DNA of 64,000 bases, from contig CAWEQT010000001.1 of assembly GCA_963811325.1 (NCBI GenBank), positions 1,301,859 through 1,365,858 of the forward strand, written 5' to 3'. Position numbers and translations under genes: made by a program. The notes beneath the pieces are model-generated. The model was given only the letters and a program-made list of their open reading frames with translations, had not been told where the DNA came from and made no database searches. This document shows positions 52,689 to 59,914 of this stretch, piece after piece (the first letter of the stretch is position 1; each line of letters opens with the position of its first letter). The stretch is from an uncultured delta proteobacterium (lineage in GTDB: Bacteria; Desulfobacterota; Syntrophia; Syntrophales; Smithellaceae).

Positions 52689-55535
52689 TTACCTGCGTTT
52701 TTTCGAATACAACATAGATCTGGCAAAAGTTGCTGCAACAGATTTTGCTACGGTCATAGTTACGGTGCAAGTGCCTGTACCGGAGCATCCTCCACCTGAC
52801 CAACCGGACAAGGTGGATTCACTATTCGCCAAAGCGGTCAAGGCCACTGATTTCCCAGACTCATAATTTACTGAGCAGGTCGAGCCGCAATTGATGAGGC
52901 CATCACTGCCGGTAACAGTCCCTGTTCCCGTACCAGATTTTGTAACGGTTAAGTTATATGTAGTTATGGCAAAAGTTGCAGTAACTGATGTCGCTGCGGT
53001 CATAGATACAGTGCAAGTGCCTGTACCGGAGCATCCTCCTCCTAACCAACCGGTAAAAGTATATCCGCTAGTTGCTGAAGCGGTCAAGGTCTCTGATGTT
53101 CCCAGATCATAATTTGCTGAACAGGTCGAGCCGCAATTGATAGTACTATCACTGCTGGTGATAGTCCCCGCTCCCGTAACAGATTTTGTAACGGTTAAGT
53201 TGTATACAGGTATAAAAGTTGCTGCAACAGATGTCGCTGCGGTCATGGTTACGGTGCAAGTTCCTGTACCGGAACATCCACCTCCTGACCAACCAGAAAA
53301 AATAGATCCGTTATTCGCCAAAGCAGTCAAGGTCACTGATTTTCCAGACTCATAATTTACTGAACAGGTCGAGCCGCAATTGATGAGGCCATCACTGCCG
53401 GTGACAGTCCCAACTCCAGTACCAGATTTTGTAACGGTTAAGTTGTTTGTAGTTATGGCATAATTTGCTGTAACAGGTGTCGCTGCTGTCATGGTTACGG
53501 TGCAAATCCCTGTACCGGCGCATCCTCCTCCTGACCAGCCAGTAAACGTATATCCGTTATTGGCCGAAGCGGTTAAGGTCACAGATGTTTCTGGAGCATA
53601 ATTTGCGGAGCAGGTTGAGCCGCAATTGATGCCTGATGGATTGCTTGTCACTATACCATTAGCTGATATAATTAATAGAGCGTATTGAGTTTTGCCACCC
53701 AGGTCTGCCTCATAATTATAAGCACCCATTCCCCATGTTGAGATTGTTTCATTAAGATAATCAGTCGTGAAAAGTGATGAGAGATTAACGCCAACATCTT
53801 TAGCTGGGGAAGATGATTGCAACTGCCAGTTTCCCGTATTGTCACCTGTAGGAATAGTTACAAAACCTATGTATTTACTGGAATAAGCAGATGAATTATT
53901 GATTCCGTGAGCTTCATATCCTGCGTTTTGACAAGCGGCAAGAGTATTGTATCTGTTCGATGTCCTATTGTCCCATATTAAATGTTCACTTAAAGCCGTA
54001 TTATAGATGTCGTAATCGGCCACTATTGTGCCTGAACAGGTAGCCGTCATTATAATCGAATTATCAGTGGCAGAGAAGATATTGTTTTCAATCGTTGCAT
54101 CATTTACCTGTTCTAAATAAATTCCCGTTGGAGGGTTAGCGATACAGGCATCCATAGCTATCGTGTTGTTATAAATGCTGATATTCTCGAACTGTCCACT
54201 TTGGGCTGCTATCGCAGCAGGAGAAAAGGGTATGCCATAGATACAAGTTTCGGGAGCTATAACATTATCGTATATTAACGCACCGTTTATACTGTTGAAA
54301 TAATAAGTGGTGGGGGTCGTTGAAGACATGGTTACTTCTATTGTTCCCCCTGCGGAAGGAGTAAAACTCCCATTATATGTTTGTTCTTGTATTATTTCCC
54401 CTGGTATAAAAGACGCATGAGCTATAGTATTAAGAATAAGCGTTGTGCTTGTTACCTGTTGAATTTCTCCATACGCCCCCGATGTCAATCCTAACGCCCA
54501 ATAAGTCTCTCTCGAAGCTGTAAATCCTGCTGTTATCGGATTGGATGTCGGGGTAACAATTTTAGCACTTGCACCGTTCATGTAAATAGCCGCTGATGCC
54601 CCCCAATCACCTCTGAAGATGTTATGGTGGATTTTAACATTAGTCATCCAGTTTCCGGTATTTTGAAAAGTATTAGTTCCAATCATAATGCCGTCTGTAT
54701 GATAACTATGATTATTATAAGTACCTCTTCCCATGAAGATATTATTGTAAATTTGAGTATCATCGGAATAGGATACATTGTCGGATTGATTAATGACGAC
54801 ACGACCTGAATTTTCTATGAGATTATCGTAAAAACATAAGTGGGCTGTGTATCCGCCGTTTACAGTACTATTCCCAATATTATGATTAAAGGCATCTACA
54901 GCATTAGTATTTAAGACACAATTTTTCACTTCTAAACTGGATGTTGAATTGCCGTTTATTCCAAAACCAGTCCCATCGGTATAACCGACATTATAAACTC
55001 TTATTCCATCTATTGTTATGTAAGATAGACCGGCAGACATATTTATTCCGTAGCCAGCAGAAATAGAATTGTTAGAAGTAAATGTCGGATAACCTATCCC
55101 CCAAGGAGAACCGTCATTGCAGGAGACAGAAGCGTTTGAGCCGCAAGCCTGAGTTTGCGAATCCGACGAACACCGCACAAAAGGCGTTGCAGGAGTATAG
55201 CCGCATTGCTGACCACCCATGTAAACATCAGGAGTTCCATTTGCGCCGGAGTTTTTTATTGATAATACAGTACTGTATCCAGATTGCATAGGCCATGTCA
55301 CTCCGCCTTTGAAGACAAAGACATCACCGGCGGAGTGAGAATATGTACCCGTAAATCCGGGCATTTCAGGTGCAAATTTCCACGGCGTTGAAGTGGTTGT
55401 CCCGTTATTGGAATCCAAACCTTTAACATAATCTATGTAGTACGTATCTGCTATTGCTATTTTAGAAGATAAAAATATGAGCAGGCAGGTTACAAAAAAT
55501 ACTCCTATTTGATTTAAATTTCTGTCTCTTTTCAT
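52689..55535 (-). CDS. Secreted beta-helix protein, paralog 3, with four C-terminal InlB B-repeat-like domains
   Basis: Shared N-cap; four repeats of LTVTKSGTG.GTVT.SDG.INCGSTCS.NY..G.SV.LTA.A..G..F.GWSGGGCSGTGTCTVTMT. Confidence 0.82.
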   Translation of the reverse strand: MKRDRNLNQIGVFFVTCLLIFLSSKIAIADTYYIDYVKGLDSNNGTTTSTPWKFAPEMPGFTGTYSHSAGDVFVFKGGVTWPMQSGYSTVLSIKNSGANGTPDVYMGGQQCGYTPATPFVRCSSDSQTQACGSNASVSCNDGSPWGIGYPTFTSNNSISAGYGINMSAGLSYITIDGIRVYNVGYTDGTGFGINGNSTSSLEVKNCVLNTNAVDAFNHNIGNSTVNGGYTAHLCFYDNLIENSGRVVINQSDNVSYSDDTQIYNNIFMGRGTYNNHSYHTDGIMIGTNTFQNTGNWMTNVKIHHNIFRGDWGASAAIYMNGASAKIVTPTSNPITAGFTASRETYWALGLTSGAYGEIQQVTSTTLILNTIAHASFIPGEIIQEQTYNGSFTPSAGGTIEVTMSSTTPTTYYFNSINGALIYDNVIAPETCIYGIPFSPAAIAAQSGQFENISIYNNTIAMDACIANPPTGIYLEQVNDATIENNIFSATDNSIIMTATCSGTIVADYDIYNTALSEHLIWDNRTSNRYNTLAACQNAGYEAHGINNSSAYSSKYIGFVTIPTGDNTGNWQLQSSSPAKDVGVNLSSLFTTDYLNETISTWGMGAYNYEADLGGKTQYALLIISANGIVTSNPSGINCGSTCSANYAPETSVTLTASANNGYTFTGWSGGGCAGTGICTVTMTAATPVTANYAITTNNLTVTKSGTGVGTVTGSDGLINCGSTCSVNYESGKSVTLTALANNGSIFSGWSGGGCSGTGTCTVTMTAATSVAATFIPVYNLTVTKSVTGAGTITSSDSTINCGSTCSANYDLGTSETLTASATSGYTFTGWLGGGCSGTGTCTVSMTAATSVTATFAITTYNLTVTKSGTGTGTVTGSDGLINCGSTCSVNYESGKSVALTALANSESTLSGWSGGGCSGTGTCTVTMTVAKSVAATFARSMLYSKKRR

Positions 55536-55593
55536 GTTACTACCTCCATTTTATCTGTTTTGTTCTTCAGAATTGTTGGAGGGCTCTGAATTT

Positions 55594-55683
55594 GCCCGGT
55601 AGTTCAGCCACCTTATCCCCCTATGAAGACTTAGGTCTGTAACTTTGCGTCCCACCTTTTCAGATGGTTTGCCTTTTTCAAGC
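55594..55683 (-). ncRNA. c-di-GMP-I riboswitch aptamer, copy 3 (gene-proximal)
   Basis: P1 GCUUG/CGGGC, GGCAAACC, P2 with GAAA tetraloop, GGGACGCAAAG, P3 with CCUAA...UAAGG receptor. Confidence 0.9.
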
Positions 55684-55759
55684 TTTGGTTGTTATTACAC
55701 GCTCTTTTAAAATTTGTTATTTTGTATTGGCAGGATTGCTGGACGGATCTTTTCATGTT

Positions 55760-55849
55760 GCCCGGCAGTTCTGCCACCTTATCCACTTACGAAGACTTAG
55801 GTCAGTAACTTTGCGCCCCACCTTTTCAGATGGTTTGCCTTTTTCAAGC
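55760..55849 (-). ncRNA. c-di-GMP-I riboswitch aptamer, copy 2
   Basis: Same fold, 166 bp upstream; compensatory change in P3 relative to copy 3. Confidence 0.9.
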
Positions 55850-55925
55850 TTTGGTTGTTATTACACGCTCTTTTAAAATTTGTTATTTTGTATTGGCAGG
55901 ATTGCTGGACGGATCTTTTGATGTT

Positions 55926-56015
55926 GCCCGGCAGTTCTGCCACCTTATCCACTTACGAAGACTTAGGTCAGTAACTTTGCGCCCCACCTTTTCAAGTGGT
56001 TTGCCTTTTTCAAGC
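55926..56015 (-). ncRNA. c-di-GMP-I riboswitch aptamer, copy 1
   Basis: Same fold, a further 166 bp upstream; P2 variant CCACUU-GAAA-AGGUGG keeps pairing. Confidence 0.9.
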
Positions 56016-56030
56016 TTCTTGGTTAAATAA

Positions 56031-56046
56031 TGCAATAATTATTCCA
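56031..56046 (-). promoter_or_regulatory. Putative sigma54 promoter feeding the riboswitch array
   Basis: TGGAAT-AATTA-TTGCA; predicted +1 falls a few nt 5' of aptamer copy 1. Confidence 0.6.
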
Positions 56047-56157
56047 TAAAACAACATAATTAAATAGTGTATAATATCATTATCTTACACATAAATGTCG
56101 CTGTCGACTTTCTCAAAATATGGTCATTTTGCCCGTTTTGTAGGTTAAATTCACAAA

Positions 56158-56185
56158 AAGAACAAGGTTCAAGGGGCAAGGTTCA
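56158..56185 (-). repeat. Phased heptamer array D
   Basis: Minus strand TGAACCT TGCCCCT TGAACCT TGTTCTT. Confidence 0.8.
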
Positions 56186-56204
56186 AAAAAAGAATCCAAG
56201 CCAT

Positions 56205-56221
56205 TGTCGGAATACTTTACA
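56205..56221. promoter_or_regulatory. 17-bp enhancer box
   Basis: TGTCGGAATACTTTACA (reverse complement TGTAAAGTATTCCGACA, identical to the box at 16541), 128 nt from the -24 of PEP-CTERM gene 3. Confidence 0.8.
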
Positions 56222-56349
56222 AATATGAAAAAAGTTTTTTTATTACCCAAGCCAACACAAACAAAGAGAATGCTTTTTATAATTATTAATCGTGTATTAT
56301 CTAATATTTATAGCTATATCTGACCCCACAAAGTTATAGTTACCATTTC

Positions 56350-56365
56350 TGGCATAACAATTGCA
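56350..56365 (+). promoter_or_regulatory. sigma54 promoter of PEP-CTERM gene 3
   Basis: TGGCAT-AACAA-TTGCA. Confidence 0.85.
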
Positions 56366-56430
56366 AAATTATAATCGAAAGAAAGAAGGGGAAAATAAAA
56401 AAATAGTAAAATAAAGAAAAGGGGATTTTT

Positions 56431-57066
56431 ATGAAAATAAAATTAATTACGTTTTTTTTCACGGTTGTAATGCTTTGTGCATTCAGCACAGCAACAATGG
56501 CTCTTACTATTCCGTACAATGGTGAGGAGGTTTATATAACCCATGCCGGTTACCCTGGTAACGTTGGCGGGGGAATCTTTATGGTGCAGTCAGACCCGGG
56601 ACACAACAATCTTTTCGAAACATTTTGTACCGAACTTGGTGTTGTACTTCAATATCCTCCTTATATTGTGGAGCTTGGTACATCTTCCCTACCTTCTGGT
56701 ATCCCACTAACTCCCCAAGAAGCTTATTTATATTATAGTTTTAGAGCGGGAACTCTACCATTTTATGTTAACAATAACACTGATGCTGATGCCCTTCAGT
56801 TTGCATTCTGGATTCTTGAAGGTCAAATAAAGGGCGTTCCATCACCTGACGTTCCATTATTCGGAGCACAGACAGACGCTTACCTTGCATTCGCAAACTC
56901 TACAACATGGACTACTACCGGTGATGTTGGTGTTATGAATCTTATAAACACGCAGGGCCAATATACGCAAGCCATGTTGGCCTTGGTTCCTGAACCGCTG
57001 ACGATATTATTGCTTGGTTTTGGTCTCCTCGGTCTGGGAATTACCAGAAGAAAGTTAAAGAAATAA
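56431..57066 (+). CDS. PEP-CTERM surface protein 3 with thioester-domain-like motifs
   Basis: Signal peptide; FCTE, LQFAFWILE, TQAML; LVPEPLTILLLGFGLLGLGITRRKLKK. Confidence 0.93.
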   Translation: MKIKLITFFFTVVMLCAFSTATMALTIPYNGEEVYITHAGYPGNVGGGIFMVQSDPGHNNLFETFCTELGVVLQYPPYIVELGTSSLPSGIPLTPQEAYLYYSFRAGTLPFYVNNNTDADALQFAFWILEGQIKGVPSPDVPLFGAQTDAYLAFANSTTWTTTGDVGVMNLINTQGQYTQAMLALVPEPLTILLLGFGLLGLGITRRKLKK

Positions 57067-57085
57067 GTTAGCTATCAATAATTTG

Positions 57086-57120
57086 AAAAAAACCAGCAGT
57101 TTAAACGCTGCTGGTTTTTT
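57086..57120 (+). terminator. Terminator of PEP-CTERM gene 3
   Basis: AAAAAAACCAGCAG-TTTAAACG-CTGCTGGTTTTTT. Confidence 0.85.
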
Positions 57121-57363
57121 ATTGTGAAACTCCAATTCTAATGAAACTCAGATATTACATATTACAAATGCAGTGCAGTAATATCTGTAAGTTGTAATAA
57201 GGTTTAGACTTCAAAAGCAAAGCGCATTGAAGTTTTTTAGCCGAATTATCCAAAAGCCAAAGGCTATTGGAAACAATTCGGCAAAGCGGAAGGTACATAC
57301 CCCGCAGCTTGCTTTGGGGGTGATACCCGTGATTGTCTTGATTTCTTTGATAAAAATTGCAGG

Positions 57364-57380
57364 TGTCGGAATACTTAACA
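57364..57380. promoter_or_regulatory. 17-bp enhancer box (no linked sigma54 promoter found)
   Basis: TGTCGGAATACTTAACA. Confidence 0.65.
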
Positions 57381-57473
57381 ACTTTTTTTACACATTATTT
57401 ACGTTTAATTATTTGTTATTGTTAGCTAAATACGAATAAATTGCCTATTGGATGTGATTTGCCTGGCTTGATA

Positions 57474-57490
57474 CGTCGGAATAGTTTACA
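57474..57490. promoter_or_regulatory. 17-bp enhancer box (no linked sigma54 promoter found)
   Basis: CGTCGGAATAGTTTACA. Confidence 0.65.
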
Positions 57491-57500
57491 GATTTGAAAA

Positions 57501-57535
57501 AGATTCAAGGGGCAAGCAACAAGGTTTAAGGCAAT
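57501..57535 (-). repeat. Phased heptamer array E, overlapping the ATPase stop codon
   Basis: Plus strand AGATTCA AGGGGCA AGCAACA AGGTTTA AGGCAAT. Confidence 0.75.
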
Positions 57536-58746
57536 TGGGCAAGCCACTGCCAGGCCGGCGAGATCAAAATTTTATGTGTTCCATTGGGTATAATCCGATA
57601 ACCATTGCCAGCCTCAATTAGCAAAACGGCGGGCACACCCAATCTGTTTTGAAATGCCAAAAGAGGTTTTGCAGGCTGTGAATCGGATAATTTTGCCTCA
57701 ATAAGCAGAAAAGGTTCGCCGCTGTTAGCAATCAAAAAATCAACCTCCCTCTTCTCTTTATCCCTTATGAAATGAAGAGAAAAGACGCCTGATCCCATGT
57801 CGTTCCATATGGTTACTGCTCGCAATAACTCACAGGCCACCATGTTTTCGAAACGTGTAGCAGGATCCTTGATCCTCGGGTAGTCATAAAGATAGCATTT
57901 CCGTTCTTTCTGAATAGCCCGGGCAACTTTGCCCGTCCAAGTTGGAATACTGAATGTCAGATAAAATCTTTCCAGAATATCAAGCCAGCTCCGCACAGTA
58001 TTGTAAGAAACCTTCAAGTTTTCCGCAAGTGAAGTCACGGAAAGCGGGCTGCCAATTTTTGACGGTAGAAGTGTATAAATTGTTTCTATATCCTGCACGG
58101 ATTTGATATCTGTTAAATCACGGATGTCTTCTCTGACTAGTTGCCGCGTATAGGTGTTAGTCCAACGCCGGTAAGTGGTCTCACGACCGGAAAGGTAAGG
58201 CTCGGGAAATCCGGATAAAATGGCAAGCTGTTGCCAGATGACCTTCAGACGTTCACTTTTCTTCATATTCAAATGCAAGGGGTCGCTCATGAACTCTTCA
58301 AAAGGCCTGTTCATGCCGCCCAGTTCTGCAATGGTAAAAGGAAAAAGATGAAAAAGATAATACCTGCCTGCCAGTGAATCACCGCCTTTCTGATAGATGT
58401 CAAGGCGTCCACTGCCGGAAATGAGAAATTTGAATTCGTCACTAAATTCATCATAAATGCCCTTCAGATAATTTTTCCAGTCTTTGTATTTATGAAGTTC
58501 ATCAAAAATGATCAGGGGCACGGAATTGTCTTTCCTGACAAGATGTGAAAAAAATCCAGGATCCTGAAGAAGATGCGTGCGGTTATTCGTTATATCCCAG
58601 TTCCAATAAAGACTATTGCTAAAAGATTCGGCAATAATCTTTGTAAGTGTCGTCTTACCTGACTGGCGGGGACCGGCCAAAAAAATCATCGCTTTGTCAT
58701 GAGACAATTCTTTCCACACACTAATATAAGGGGTTCGCTTTTTCAT
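57526..58746 (-). CDS. AAA+ ATPase with DUF4143 / PD-(D/E)xK-like C-terminus (COG1373 type)
   Basis: GPRQSGKTT, IIFDELH, SGS, SLAGR, GFPEPYL, RKCYLYD, FENMVACEL, EVDFLI...IEAK. Confidence 0.9.
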   Translation of the reverse strand: MKKRTPYISVWKELSHDKAMIFLAGPRQSGKTTLTKIIAESFSNSLYWNWDITNNRTHLLQDPGFFSHLVRKDNSVPLIIFDELHKYKDWKNYLKGIYDEFSDEFKFLISGSGRLDIYQKGGDSLAGRYYLFHLFPFTIAELGGMNRPFEEFMSDPLHLNMKKSERLKVIWQQLAILSGFPEPYLSGRETTYRRWTNTYTRQLVREDIRDLTDIKSVQDIETIYTLLPSKIGSPLSVTSLAENLKVSYNTVRSWLDILERFYLTFSIPTWTGKVARAIQKERKCYLYDYPRIKDPATRFENMVACELLRAVTIWNDMGSGVFSLHFIRDKEKREVDFLIANSGEPFLLIEAKLSDSQPAKPLLAFQNRLGVPAVLLIEAGNGYRIIPNGTHKILISPAWQWLAQLP

Positions 58747-58752
58747 ATGGCT

Positions 58753-58792
58753 ATTATTCAGTTAATTGAAAAATAGTCAAGACTATTTTTCA
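58753..58792 (-). promoter_or_regulatory. sigma70-like promoter with overlapping 12-bp perfect palindrome, probably leaderless
   Basis: TTGACT-N16-AATAAT ends 6 nt before the ATG; TGAAAAATAGTC-AA-GACTATTTTTCA at 58767-58792. Confidence 0.55.
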
Positions 58793-58817
58793 GTGAGCAT
58801 AAAAAAGGACGAGGAAC

Positions 58818-58866
58818 AGGGGCAAGGACAAAGGATAAAGGTTCAAGGATAAAGGATAAAGGAGAA
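58818..58866 (-). repeat. Phased heptamer array F
   Basis: Plus strand AGGGGCA AGGACAA AGGATAA AGGTTCA AGGATAA AGGATAA AGGAGAA. Confidence 0.9.
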
Positions 58867-58936
58867 AAGAAAATTCCATTAAAAAAGTGCTCGCTTTTTT
58901 CTATCTAATATATTAAATAATTACAATATCCTAAAG

Positions 58937-59821
58937 GTGAATATGAGCGAAAATTCTCTGGCTGAAAAAATCAAGGAACATCTTAACACTAGAAATATTG
59001 TTTTTCTTCTTTTTGCGGTTTTGGCATTGATCATGGCTTATACGTCGATCAAAGCGCTTTATTTCTCAAATAAAAGCGAATATTATTCGCATATCGCGCT
59101 TATTCCTCTGGTGAGCATTTATCTGATTTACATCAACCGCGAAGAAATTTTTGCAAAAGTAAATTATTTATTTGCTGTGGGAATTCTCGTTTTGCTTCTG
59201 GGCATAGCTCTGTTTCTGGGCGGAATTTTATGGGGTGCGCCGCTGGATCAAAACAATTACGCGTCTCTTATCGCCTTTTCTATCTTCATTTTCATAAACG
59301 GAGCTTTTATTCTTCTTTACGGTATGCAGGCTTACCGAAGCGCTTTGTTCCCTCTTCTCTTTTTGATTTTTATCGTTCCTATCCCCACGGTTCTCATGGA
59401 TAATATCATCCATTTTTTACAGGTCGGTTCCACGGAGTTTGTAAATCTGTTATTTCTGGCCTCGGGAACGCCGTTTATAAGAGATGGCTTTGTCTTTCAA
59501 TTACCAAATGTCAGTGTCGAAGTGGCTAAACAATGCAGTGGCATCCGGTCAGGCATGGCTATTTTTATTGTCGCCATTTTGGCCGGTTATATGTTTCTGA
59601 ACTCCTACTGGAAAATAATTTTTCTTACTATCTGCGCAGTATTGATCGCCATGTTAAAAAATGGTATCCGGATTTTTACGCTCTCATTATTAGGAAATTA
59701 TGTTGATCCGCGAATTCTTGCAAGCTCTCTGCACAGAGAAGGCGGCATACCTTTTTTTATTGTGGCGCTGCTGTTGTTGGCTCCAATACTGTTTTTTTTA
59801 AGAAGATCAGAAAAGAAGTAA
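58937..59821 (+). CDS. xrtA: Exosortase (XrtA type, no fused EpsI domain)
   Basis: 8 TM segments, YYSHIALIP, catalytic Cys VAKQCSGIRS, Arg NGIRI, His LHREGG. Confidence 0.9.
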   Translation: MNMSENSLAEKIKEHLNTRNIVFLLFAVLALIMAYTSIKALYFSNKSEYYSHIALIPLVSIYLIYINREEIFAKVNYLFAVGILVLLLGIALFLGGILWGAPLDQNNYASLIAFSIFIFINGAFILLYGMQAYRSALFPLLFLIFIVPIPTVLMDNIIHFLQVGSTEFVNLLFLASGTPFIRDGFVFQLPNVSVEVAKQCSGIRSGMAIFIVAILAGYMFLNSYWKIIFLTICAVLIAMLKNGIRIFTLSLLGNYVDPRILASSLHREGGIPFFIVALLLLAPILFFLRRSEKK

Positions 59822-59914
59822 TATGATTTACTGATAGCGGATGGCCGGTTTTCGATTTACAGTTAACAATTAAAGTTAATAGTTAAACGGAAAAAAAGAT
59901 GTTACAGATGAATC

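Noticed and set aside
55594-56015. CRISPR array suspected from regular repeats
   Set aside because: Units are 166 bp with near-identical spacers and fold as c-di-GMP-I aptamers; no cas genes are present
55664-56030. Two duplicated small plus-strand ORFs (70 and 66 aa)
   Set aside because: They are antisense shadows of the riboswitch tandem repeat
57447-57463. sigma54 promoter TGGATGTGATTTGCC near the orphan enhancers
   Set aside because: The GG-to-GC spacing is one base short of the strict -24/-12 requirement
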